Of a DNA stretch of 47,993 bases, positions 16,421 through 25,192 are shown piece after piece. Position 1 is the stretch's first letter, and every line of letters starts with the position of its first letter. Source of the DNA: Pirellulales bacterium (lineage in GTDB: Bacteria > Planctomycetota > Planctomycetia > Pirellulales > JAICIG01); contig JBBDYJ010000034.1 of the NCBI GenBank assembly GCA_040901675.1, forward strand, positions 1 to 47,993. Direction: 5' to 3'. The position numbers were made by a program, and so were the translations under genes. Below the pieces are notes generated by a model, which had not been told where the DNA came from, ran no database searches, and was given only the letters and a program-made list of their open reading frames with translations.

Positions 16421-16924
16421 TTAGAAAAAACTCTGGATCGGCTGGGCGAGCTCGCGGAAGCGCTCGACCGGCATCATCACGGTGTCCCATCGCGGGGAGA
16501 GCTGCCGGGCGTAAAAGGCGTATTGCTGCAGCCGGATGGCCACAAAGCCGTACAGCATCCCGCGGAACTCGAACAACTGCTCGGCCGGCAGCGGCGAGCG
16601 GTCGCCCATGATATTGTAGGCGAAAACAAACAAGGCCCGAAAGCGGTCGCCGAACAGATTCTCCCAACTGGCCATGCTCACCAGGTCGTCGCGCGTCGAC
16701 CAGTTTTTCCAATACTGCTTGTGCAGGCCGGACGGAAAGCGGCGGCCCTTGACGTCGATCAGCCAGATCCGCTCCTTCGACGACGAGACGATGAAGTCGA
16801 GGCTCTTGATCGAGAGCTGATCCATCAGGCTGCGGCGGCGCTCGTCGACCGCCACGTAAGGAATCTTGCGCCACCTCAAGAACTCCTCGAAGGCCGCCTC
16901 GTAATGGTTTTCGCGGTTGGCCAT
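16421..16924 (-). CDS. HYExAFE-family protein (PD-(D/E)xK-like motif)
   Basis: NHYEAAFE signature; LDFIV...LIDVKGR. Confidence 0.85.
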   Translation of the reverse strand: MANRENHYEAAFEEFLRWRKIPYVAVDERRRSLMDQLSIKSLDFIVSSSKERIWLIDVKGRRFPSGLHKQYWKNWSTRDDLVSMASWENLFGDRFRALFVFAYNIMGDRSPLPAEQLFEFRGMLYGFVAIRLQQYAFYARQLSPRWDTVMMPVERFRELAQPIQSFF

Positions 16925-16927
16925 GAT

Positions 16928-18274
16928 TCAGCCCCCTTGGGCGAGCAGCCTCTGGACCGCGCCGACGACCCCACCCGCTTCGTCGTCCAGCGGCAGCACC
17001 CGGCTCTCGCCGGTCGCCAGGTCCTTGACCTGGCACTGGCCCGCCGCCAGCTCGTCCTCGCCGGCAATCAGCGCCAGCCGGAAGCCGCGGCGGTCCGCGT
17101 ATTTTAACTGCTGGCCCAGCCGCTTGGCATCAGGAAACAGCTCGGCCGCCACGCCGGCCGCCCGCAGCCGGGCCGCCAACCGCAGGTAGTCGTCGAGCCG
17201 GCCCTCGACGAAGTAGGCGATGAAGACCTGCGCGGGGGTCGAGGACTTGGGCAGCATGCCCAGCTCTTCCATGGCCGCCAGCAGGCGGTCGAGGCCCAGC
17301 GACGCGCCGATGCCGGAGAACTGCTGCGCGGTATAGAGGCTGGCCAGGTCGTCGTATCGGCCGCCGGAGCAGACGCTGCCGATCGTGGGCAGGTCGTCGA
17401 GAAACGTCTCGTAGATCGTGCCGGTGTAGTAATCGAGCCCGCGGGCAATCGAGACATCGAGCCGCAGCCGCTCCCGGGGCACGCCGCCGGCGGCCGCGGC
17501 GGACAACAGCTCGGCCAGCCGGGCCACGCCTTGCCGGCCGGCCTCGCTGCCGGATACGAGCGGCTCCACGGCCCGCAGGATTTCGTCGTTGGTGCCTTGC
17601 AGATCGGCCAGGCGCAGCACCTGCTCGGCCTGCTCGCGGCTGGCGCCGGCGTGGGCCGCCATCTCTTCGGCCACGGCGGCGCGGCCGATCTTGGCCAGCT
17701 TGTCCAGCGAGCGGAGGATCGAGCCCGACTGCCCGGCCAGGTCCAGCTTTTCCAACAGCCCGGTGAGCAGCTTGCGGTTGTTGACGCGGATGGTGAACCG
17801 CTCGAACCCGAGGGCCCGCATCAGGTCGTGAATGACCAGGGCGGTCTCGACGTCGGAGGCGGCCGACTGCGTGCCGATGGTGTCGAAGTCGGCCTGCATG
17901 AATTCGCGATAGCGGCCGCGCTGCGTGTTCTCGCCCCGCCAGACCGTGGCGATGTGATATCGCTTGAAGGGCATCCCCAGTTGATCGAAGTGCTGGGCGG
18001 CGAAGCGGGCAAACGGGACGGTGAGATCGAACCGCAATCCGACCCAGCGCTGGCCGTGGTCCTGGAACTTGTAGAGCTGCTTGTCGGTTTCCTCGCCCCC
18101 CTTGCCGGTGAGGATGTCGAGGTACTCCAGGGCCGGCGTGTCGATGGGGGCAAAGCCGAACGAGCGGTAGACGCGGCGGGCGGTGTCGACGAGCCGCTCG
18201 CGGGGGATCATGGTTTCGGGCAGAAAATCCCTGAAACCCTTGAGCGTGCGGGGCTCGATGCGTTTAGCGCTCAT
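16928..18274 (-). CDS. hisS: Histidine--tRNA ligase
   Basis: KGFRDFLP, LRFDLTVPFAR, GRYREFMQAD, ARGLDYYTG, GGRYD motifs. Confidence 0.97.
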   Translation of the reverse strand: MSAKRIEPRTLKGFRDFLPETMIPRERLVDTARRVYRSFGFAPIDTPALEYLDILTGKGGEETDKQLYKFQDHGQRWVGLRFDLTVPFARFAAQHFDQLGMPFKRYHIATVWRGENTQRGRYREFMQADFDTIGTQSAASDVETALVIHDLMRALGFERFTIRVNNRKLLTGLLEKLDLAGQSGSILRSLDKLAKIGRAAVAEEMAAHAGASREQAEQVLRLADLQGTNDEILRAVEPLVSGSEAGRQGVARLAELLSAAAAGGVPRERLRLDVSIARGLDYYTGTIYETFLDDLPTIGSVCSGGRYDDLASLYTAQQFSGIGASLGLDRLLAAMEELGMLPKSSTPAQVFIAYFVEGRLDDYLRLAARLRAAGVAAELFPDAKRLGQQLKYADRRGFRLALIAGEDELAAGQCQVKDLATGESRVLPLDDEAGGVVGAVQRLLAQGG

Positions 18275-18283
18275 GCCGCACCG

Positions 18284-18724
18284 CTAGCTGAGGACGGGCA
18301 GCAGGGGCGGCCTCGGGCTGCGGAAGCGGCCGGGGTCCTTGCTGGGCAGAACCGCCTCGACGTACTCTTCGATCTGCTCGGCCGTTTCGAAGTACCGCTC
18401 GTAGACGTAGTTTTCTTCGTACTCGCAGTTATCGATGGAGTAGTCGCGGCAGATCTGGGGCCGGGTCTCGTAGATGGCGCAGCGGTTGTCGGGCTGCAGG
18501 TGCTTGCAGTGCGTGTGGACCAGCAGGTACCAACTCCCCTCTTCGATGAAAACGCTGGCCTCCCCGTGCAGCAGGTACCAGCGGATGTAGTCGAAGTCCT
18601 TGCGGGTCGTCGGCGTGTCGAGCGGCAGGGCGAAGTACTTGCAGCACTTGGCCGAGCAATAGTTGCAGAGGCAGTCGCCCGCGGGCAGATCCTCGCGGCG
18701 CATCTTGCTGGGCGTGAGAGGCAT
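18284..18724 (-). CDS. YkgJ-family cysteine-cluster protein
   Basis: CxxCxxxCC...CKHL...CAIYETRPQICRDY. Confidence 0.9.
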   Translation of the reverse strand: MPLTPSKMRREDLPAGDCLCNYCSAKCCKYFALPLDTPTTRKDFDYIRWYLLHGEASVFIEEGSWYLLVHTHCKHLQPDNRCAIYETRPQICRDYSIDNCEYEENYVYERYFETAEQIEEYVEAVLPSKDPGRFRSPRPPLLPVLS

Positions 18725-18885
18725 GGGAAAAAGGCAGAAGGCAGAAGGAGGAAGGTCGAAGGAGGAATAATACAGGACACGATGCGTGACGCAAAGACTG
18801 GGGCACGCTACGACTCGACTGAGCTCGCCGAAGTCCGCTTTGCCCCAGCCACCCGACCCCCAGCCACCCGACGCTGCTCGGCTGC

Positions 18886-18933
18886 TCCTACAGCCTACAG
18901 CCTACAGCCTACAGTCTACAGCCTCCAGCCTAC
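18886..18933. repeat. 7-mer tandem tract (CCTACAG)n; related 7-mer tracts at ~14030, 15871, 16378, 18731, 21295, 21516, 29147-29300 and 47853
   Basis: Visible directly in the sequence, mostly at gene 3' ends. Confidence 0.85.
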
Positions 18934-19980
18934 CTACTCCGAGCGGGTTTCCAGGGCCTTGCCGGGCAGGACGACGTCGCGGGCCAGGCCGAGCCTGGCC
19001 AACAGCGCGATCGTGAGCCAGGTGACGTCGAACTCGTACCAGTAGTGCCCGTGCGAAGCGCTGCGCTGGTCGGCATGGTGATTGTTGTGCCAGCCCTCGC
19101 CGTTGCTGACCAGCGCCACGAACCAGTTGTTGCGGCTGTTCTCGTCGGTCTCGTAGTTGCGGTATCCCCAGAGGTGGCTCAGCGAGTTGACGCTCCAGGT
19201 GATGTGCCAGACCGCCACGGTCCGCACCACCACGCCCCAAACCAGCAGGCTCAAGCCGAACTGCACGCCGCCCATCACGGTGCCGGTGGCCAGCCAACCG
19301 GCCGCGAAGCCGCCCAGGTAGTACACCAGCCACTGGGCCAGGTTCACCCAAACCCAGAGCAGGTTCCTCTCGAAGGCGAAATAGAACGGGTCGCGGAGGA
19401 TGTCGCGGGCATAGCGATCGTAGGTCAACACGCTGTTCAGCTCGCGGTTGTCGACCAGCAGCCAGCCGACGTGGCTCCAGAAAAAAGTGACCAGCGGGCT
19501 GTGCGGGTCGGGCTGCTCGTCGGAGTGCTGATGGTGCATGCGGTGGATGGCCACCCACCGGGCGGGCGTGTCCTGCAGGCAGCAGACGCCCAGCACGGCA
19601 AAGACCCGCTCCAGCCAGCGCGGGCAGGCCAGGCCGCGGTGCGTCAGCAGCCGGTGATAGCAAAGGTTGATGCCCAGCGTGCCGAACACGTACAGCCCCA
19701 GAAAGGCCAGCAGCACGCCGGTCCAACTGAAGAACCAGGGCACGAAAGCCAGCAGTGCCAGCAGGTGATAGAGCGAAAGGCTGATGGCATAGGGCCAGAG
19801 GATGCGGCCCCGCTGGACGGTTTCGGGCTTGGGGAGCCGGCTGGTGCCGATGATGGCCCGCCGAGCCCGCCGCCCGAGCTCGGGGGAGCCCGTCGAGCTG
19901 GTGCCGGAAGGCAACTCGGCCGTAACGGTGTCCGGGGCCGAGCTGCTGGCGCCGGCGATAACTGGTGCTTCTTCTGCCAT
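18934..19980 (-). CDS. Delta-9-type fatty acid (acyl-CoA) desaturase
   Basis: His boxes YHRLLTH, HRMHH and GEGWHNNHH; start moved to ATG 19980. Confidence 0.92.
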   Translation of the reverse strand: MAEEAPVIAGASSSAPDTVTAELPSGTSSTGSPELGRRARRAIIGTSRLPKPETVQRGRILWPYAISLSLYHLLALLAFVPWFFSWTGVLLAFLGLYVFGTLGINLCYHRLLTHRGLACPRWLERVFAVLGVCCLQDTPARWVAIHRMHHQHSDEQPDPHSPLVTFFWSHVGWLLVDNRELNSVLTYDRYARDILRDPFYFAFERNLLWVWVNLAQWLVYYLGGFAAGWLATGTVMGGVQFGLSLLVWGVVVRTVAVWHITWSVNSLSHLWGYRNYETDENSRNNWFVALVSNGEGWHNNHHADQRSASHGHYWYEFDVTWLTIALLARLGLARDVVLPGKALETRSE

Positions 19981-20433
19981 ACTTCCCGACCTTCTGGTAT
20001 TCCCTATCTTTACCAATTGCCGGTTCCAGTTCAACCCTGGTTGAGCCGTCAGCATCCGCCCTGCCGCCACCTGCAAGTTATCGTCATCACCGCCTTGGGC
20101 ACTCAAACCCGGCTTGCCCGGCGGACGTGGCGGGGCTAGTCTGCTAGCGAGAGGGGGGGCAAAAGGCGAAGGGGGGATGAGGGGAAGGGGGGAAGGGGCG
20201 ACGACGAGGATCGGCAATCGAACACCACGGGGGGCCAGGGATGGAACCCAAAAAGGCGGCGGCAGCTCGTGAGCATCGGCGCAGCGTGGGCGTGCGCGTG
20301 CTACGATTCGACAGCGGCCATAAGATAAAAGGGCCGATTGCCGCCGGGCCTCGGCCCGGTCCGCCCCGACGCTAAGGCGCGGCGCGCGGCTGAAAACAGC
20401 ATCTCTTTCACCGAGCCAGTCCGGGGGTCGCCT

Positions 20434-21303
20434 GTGCAGGTCGTGATTACGGCGGTGGGGCCGGACAACCGGGGCCTGGCCGACCCGATCATCCACTACG
20501 TAACTGGACAAGGCGCGAACATCGCCGAGATCCAGATGTACGACCATGACGAAGCGTGCCTGTTCGCGATGCTGCTGCGCATCGAGCTGGGCGCCGATCG
20601 CCTGGCCGCCTTGCGCGACGCGATGACCGAGATCGGCGGCGAGAAGCGGCTTTCGATCCGCGTCTGGTCTCCCGACGAGCGCGGCGGGCGGCCGCGGCTG
20701 GCGATCCTGACCACCTACCGCAACGAACCGCCGCTGGCGCTGCTGCGCGCCGTGCGCGATGGCCGGGTCAAGGCAGAGGCGGCCTTGATGCTGGGCAACC
20801 GCCCGCAATGCCGCTCGCTGGCCGAGCAGTTCGGCGTCGATTGGCACTCGATCGGCGACGACCAGGGGATCGCCGACGACGAGCGGCTCGTGGCGCTGTG
20901 CGACGAGTACGCCGTGGATTACCTGGTGCTCGCCCGCTACATGCGGGTGCTGCCGGCCAGCAGTTGCTGGAAATATGCGGGCGGGCGGATCATCAACCTG
21001 CACCATGGCCTGTTGCCGAGCTTTCCCGGCCTGCGGCCCTACCACGATGCCTACGCCGCTCGGATGCTCACCTACGGGGCCACCTGCCACTTCATCGTGC
21101 CGGACCTCGACGGCGGGAACCAGATCATCTACCAGTCGACTTTCACGGTGCCGCACGGGCTGCCGCTGGACGACATCGTGCGGCTGGGCCAGGAAGACAA
21201 CGAGCCGCACTGCCTGGTCGAAGGGGTGCGCCGGGTGGTCGACCGGGAGGTGCAGCTCCACTTTCACCGGGTGGTGGCCCGCGAGCGGAAGGGAGAAGGC
21301 TGA
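20434..21303 (+). CDS. purU: Formyltetrahydrofolate deformylase (ACT plus formyltransferase domains)
   Basis: VITAVGPDNRGL ACT start, LARYMRVL, INLHHGLLPSFPG, GATCHF; GTG start at 20434. Confidence 0.8.
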   Translation: MQVVITAVGPDNRGLADPIIHYVTGQGANIAEIQMYDHDEACLFAMLLRIELGADRLAALRDAMTEIGGEKRLSIRVWSPDERGGRPRLAILTTYRNEPPLALLRAVRDGRVKAEAALMLGNRPQCRSLAEQFGVDWHSIGDDQGIADDERLVALCDEYAVDYLVLARYMRVLPASSCWKYAGGRIINLHHGLLPSFPGLRPYHDAYAARMLTYGATCHFIVPDLDGGNQIIYQSTFTVPHGLPLDDIVRLGQEDNEPHCLVEGVRRVVDREVQLHFHRVVARERKGEG

Positions 21304-21548
21304 AGGCAGAAGGCAGAAGGATGGTCTTGGAACTTAGGACTTTGGACTTGGGGAAGACTCCGCAGCCAAAGCCCACAACACGAAGAACAACGGTCTAAGC
21401 ACAGAACGACGGGTGCCTGGTGGCAAAGCGTCAGCGTGCCCCAGTCGTGCGTTTCCGACTGAGCTGAAAGTCCGCCGCCGTTCGGCCTAGAGGCTCTCGA
21501 CAGGCAGGCGGAACTTCCGACCTCTGACCTCTGACCTCTGACCTCTGA

Positions 21549-22421
21549 CTAGATTCCGCGGGAGTAGCGGATGATGCACCAGAGGGCCCGCAGGCCGTCG
21601 CGCCAGGTGATCTTCTTGCCCTCGGCGTAGGTGCGGCCCGCGTAGCTGATGGGGCGTTCGAAGACGCGGATGCCGGGCAGACTGGCGACCTTGGCGGTGA
21701 TTTCCGGCTCGATGCCGAAGCGTTGCTCGCGCAGGGTGGGGGCAATCCGCTGGATTACCTCGCGGCGAAAGGCCTTGTAGCAGGTCTCCATATCGGTGAG
21801 GTTCAGATTGGTCATGGCGTTGGAGAAGAGCGTGAGGAGCTTGTTGCCGACCGAGTGCCAGAAATAGAGCACGCGCTGGTTATCGCCGGTAAAGCGGCTG
21901 CCGAAGACGACGTCGGCCTGTCCTTCGACGATGGGCTGGATCAGCTTTTCGAATTCGTGGGGGTCGTATTCCAGGTCGGCATCCTGGACAATCACCACGT
22001 CGCCCGAGGCCTGCTGGAAGCCGGTTTTCAAGGCGGCGCCTTTGCCCTGGTTCTGCTCGTGCAGCACAATCTTCAGATCGTCCTGACCGCGCCAGCTTTC
22101 CAGCAGCTCGCGGGTGCCGTCGGTGCTGCCGTCGTCGACCAGGATGATTTCGGTCGGGACTCCCGAGTCGCGCACGCGGCGAACCACTTCAGCCACGGTC
22201 TTCAGCTCGTTGTAGACGGGAATCACGACCGAGAGCAGAAAACCGTCGGGCAGCCGAAAGATGCCCAGCCGGCGGCAAGCGCTTTTGCCGAGCAAGCGCT
22301 CGAGCAATTCGACGCGATCGGCGCAGCCGGCCGAATCGGCCAGTTGCATGACGAGGCCGCGCAGGTCGGAAAGGTCGTCGGGCGTGGGATCGGCGGTCAC
22401 GATATGGCTCGAAAAGGGCAA
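21549..22421 (-). CDS. Glycosyltransferase family 2 (polyprenol-phosphate glycosyltransferase-like)
   Basis: [34 protein letters not shown] motifs; start uncertain. Confidence 0.92.
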   Translation of the reverse strand: MPFSSHIVTADPTPDDLSDLRGLVMQLADSAGCADRVELLERLLGKSACRRLGIFRLPDGFLLSVVIPVYNELKTVAEVVRRVRDSGVPTEIILVDDGSTDGTRELLESWRGQDDLKIVLHEQNQGKGAALKTGFQQASGDVVIVQDADLEYDPHEFEKLIQPIVEGQADVVFGSRFTGDNQRVLYFWHSVGNKLLTLFSNAMTNLNLTDMETCYKAFRREVIQRIAPTLREQRFGIEPEITAKVASLPGIRVFERPISYAGRTYAEGKKITWRDGLRALWCIIRYSRGI

Positions 22422-22669
22422 AGCGGGTCAGGCCAACACGATCGACTGGCCGAGTCGATCGTCTGGCTGCGTCTGTCCAATGGTATGCGGTTTTTTGCGG
22501 GCGTTGCAAGGCCTGCTTCGATGCGCGCCGCGCGAGCGCGATCGCGCGCGTCGAGCGACTGATGCAAGGAATCGGTTCGCCGCTGCACGCGCGAGAGCGT
22601 CGCGCGGCGTGGAATCATGCCTTGTTTCTGCGGACATTTCGCCGAAAATATTTCTTCCGCCGAACGTGC

Positions 22670-22697
22670 TTGACAAGATCGGATTGGCCACGAAAAT
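22670..22697 (+). promoter_or_regulatory. sigma70-type promoter preceding a structured non-coding region
   Basis: TTGACA 22670-22675, 16 bp, GAAAAT 22692-22697. Confidence 0.5.
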
Positions 22698-22704
22698 ACG
22701 CGGG

Positions 22705-23052
22705 TGTTGGTGGTTGACAACTTCGCCGTTTCAAAGCCCCACTGTTCTGGCAGTGGGAAGTCCAAGCGTTCTTGGGGTCCTTCAGGTCGCGGCGAGTCCA
22801 GGCGGGACGAGCTCTGCCCTTGCCATGGATGAATGTCTCGGTCTGCGCGCGGAGCGGCCGCCAACAATTGTCGATGGCCGGCGGGAAATGCGCCGCTGGG
22901 CGTCGCTGCAGATGGGCCGCTAAGCGGCAAGCTAAGCCGAGATGTCGAGCGAATACTGCTTGGGGGGCGGCGATGTAGGGATCGGATGTCGGCGACCATG
23001 GTCGTGGCCTGGATGTCCCCCCCAACGTATTCGTTCGACAACTCGGCTCAGC
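22705..23052 (+). ncRNA. Candidate structured RNA of unknown class (multibranch domain plus long hairpin)
   Basis: 12-bp closing stem 22705-22716/22855-22866 enclosing several hairpins, plus a 22-nt near-perfect inverted repeat 22935-22956/23027-23048. G-U pairs favour the + strand and no convincing ORF is present. Confidence 0.45.
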
Positions 23053-23081
23053 CCGTGGCTCCCGTCAGGAATTGCCGCGCG

Positions 23082-23151
23082 GCGGCAGTGAGAATGCGGC
23101 AGTGAGAATGCGGCAGTGAGAATGCGGCAGTGAAAATGCCGCGGTGAAAAT
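23082..23151. repeat. 14-bp tandem repeat GCGGCAGTGAGAAT, 3 perfect and 2 degenerate copies
   Basis: Visible directly upstream of folK. Confidence 0.9.
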
Positions 23152-23197
23152 GCTATCCTGGCGGCTGGTGCAATTCCCAGCCTCGAGAGCCGCCGGC

Positions 23198-24259
23198 ATG
23201 CCGCGTTCGTTGATCGCCCTGGGGTCGAATGAAGGGGACCGGGCCGCGCTCGTCGCAGCGGCGGTGGATCGCCTCGCGCAATCCGCCCCTCTCACTCTGC
23301 TCAGCCAGAGCCGCTGCCACGAGACCACGCCGATCGGGGGCCCGACGGGCCAGTTGCCCTTTCTCAACGCCGCCCTGACGATCGAAACCGCCCTATCGCC
23401 CAGTCGCTTGCTGGCACTTCTCCACCAGATCGAGCAGGAGCTGGGCCGGCGGCGCGAGATCGTCTGGGGCCCTCGCACGATCGATCTGGACCTGCTGCTC
23501 TACGGCGATTCGGTCATCGAAACGCCCGAGTTGACCGTGCCGCATCCCCGCATGGCCTTCCGGCGTTTCGTGCTCCAACCGGCCGCGGAGGTGGCAGCCG
23601 ACATGCTGCACCCGCTCATCGGCTGGACCATCGGCGAGTTGCTCGCGCACCTGGAACGGGCGCGGCCGTACCTGGCCACCACCGGTCCACCGGGAATCGG
23701 CAAAACGCGGCTGGCCGAGCAGGTCGCCGCCGCGACCGGAGCCCGCCTGCTAAGAGACCCCGGCCGGGGATTCGCCCCCATGGCCGCCAGCGCGCCCGGC
23801 GAAACGGGCAGCGAAACGTCTGGCCCCGGGGTGCGGCGGGAGATAGAATTCCTCGCCCAGCGCAGTCAGCTCTTGCGGGCCGAGCCGTGGCAAGATCCAG
23901 CGCGGCTGGTGATCAGCGACTTTTGGCTCGATCAATCGTTGGCTTGGGCCGCCGCCAGTCTGGATCCGGCTGCCACGGCGAGCATCCACGAGGCATGGCG
24001 CGAAGCCGCCACGGCGATCGTGCGGCCGAAGCTGCTGGCGGTGTTGTCGGCGCCCGACGAGTGGCTTGGGGAACAAGGACTTGAACGCGAACGCTCTGGC
24101 GGCCAGCCGCTTTGGAACGTCGAATCGCTCGTGCGATTGCAAAGCGCGATTCGCGACCAGGCTCGGCTGCCAGGGCAGGGACCCGTGGTATGGCTGCCGG
24201 CAGATAATTGGGACCGCTCGCTGGCCGAAGTGCTGGCCGCCGTCGAGGCCATGGCTTGA
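23198..24259 (+). CDS. folK: 2-amino-4-hydroxy-6-hydroxymethyldihydropteridine diphosphokinase fused to a P-loop (deoxynucleoside-kinase-like) domain
   Basis: IALGSN, WGPRTIDLDLL, PHPRMAFRRFVL; C-terminal TGPPGIGKT and VISDFW. Confidence 0.9.
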   Translation: MPRSLIALGSNEGDRAALVAAAVDRLAQSAPLTLLSQSRCHETTPIGGPTGQLPFLNAALTIETALSPSRLLALLHQIEQELGRRREIVWGPRTIDLDLLLYGDSVIETPELTVPHPRMAFRRFVLQPAAEVAADMLHPLIGWTIGELLAHLERARPYLATTGPPGIGKTRLAEQVAAATGARLLRDPGRGFAPMAASAPGETGSETSGPGVRREIEFLAQRSQLLRAEPWQDPARLVISDFWLDQSLAWAAASLDPAATASIHEAWREAATAIVRPKLLAVLSAPDEWLGEQGLERERSGGQPLWNVESLVRLQSAIRDQARLPGQGPVVWLPADNWDRSLAEVLAAVEAMA

Positions 24260-24314
24260 CTGAAGCTGGCGCATGCAATCGTCCAAAGAAGGCACATCCG
24301 GAACAAGGCGAGCC

Positions 24315-25181
24315 ATGCAGGTTGTCGAGTCGGCGCGCGAGTTGCGCCGGGTCGTCGCCGCCGCGCGCGGCGGCGGGCAGTTGATCGGCCTGGTGCCCAC
24401 GATGGGCGCGCTGCACGCCGGCCACCTGAGCCTGGTCGAGGCCGCCCGCCGCGAATGTGGCTTCACGATCGTCAGCATTTTTGTGAACCCGGCCCAGTTC
24501 GGACCGGGCGAGGATTACCAGCGATATCCCCGCACGCTGGAAGCCGACTTGTCGGCCTTGACCACGTTAGAACCGGACCTGGTTTTCGTGCCCGACGTGG
24601 AGGAGATGTATACGGCCGGCCACGCGACTTTTGTCGAGGTGCAGGGGCCGGCCGAACCGCTCGAAGGGCGGCATCGGCCCGGGCATTTCCGCGGCGTGGC
24701 CACGGTCGTGCTCAAGCTGTTCAACCTGGCGACGCCCGATCGGGCCTACTTCGGACAGAAGGACTATCAGCAGGCGCTGGTCGTTCGCAGGCTGGTCGGC
24801 GATCTGGACCTGCCGATCGAGATTCGCGTCTGCCCGATCGTGCGCGAGCCGGACGGACTGGCACTCAGCTCGCGGAACGCCTACCTCGATGCCGGCCAGC
24901 GGCGGCAAGCGCTCGTGCTCGGCCGCAGCCTGCGGTTGGCCGCCGAGCTGGTGGCCGCGGGCGAGCGACGAGCCGAGAAGCTCCTGGAGCGGATGCGGGC
25001 GATGTTCGCGGCCGAGCCGCAGGTGCGCGTCGACTACCTGGCACTCGTCGATCCCCAGACGCTGGCCGACGTCGAGCGGGTCGATGCCCCGACGCTGGCG
25101 GCCGTGGCTGCCCGCGTCGGTTCGACCCGGCTGATCGACAACCAGTTGCTGTACCCGGAAAACTCAACTGAAACCGCCTGA
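24315..25181 (+). CDS. panC: Pantoate--beta-alanine ligase
   Basis: VPTMGALHAGH, FVNPAQF, FGQKDYQQ, GLALSSRN, RLIDN. Confidence 0.97.
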   Translation: MQVVESARELRRVVAAARGGGQLIGLVPTMGALHAGHLSLVEAARRECGFTIVSIFVNPAQFGPGEDYQRYPRTLEADLSALTTLEPDLVFVPDVEEMYTAGHATFVEVQGPAEPLEGRHRPGHFRGVATVVLKLFNLATPDRAYFGQKDYQQALVVRRLVGDLDLPIEIRVCPIVREPDGLALSSRNAYLDAGQRRQALVLGRSLRLAAELVAAGERRAEKLLERMRAMFAAEPQVRVDYLALVDPQTLADVERVDAPTLAAVAARVGSTRLIDNQLLYPENSTETA

Positions 25182-25192
25182 GAGGCCGCCTC

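Noticed and set aside
19981..21267. N-terminal 429 aa of the 777-aa desaturase ORF as a fusion
   Set aside because: It is the antisense of purU plus intergenic DNA; desaturase similarity begins only after ATG 19980.
22705..23052. RNase P RNA, tmRNA, SRP RNA or cobalamin riboswitch
   Set aside because: Only loose fragments resemble them (GGGAAGTCC, GATGAATG, CCACTG..GGGAAG); the full conserved cores, tRNA-like ends and SRP loop are missing.
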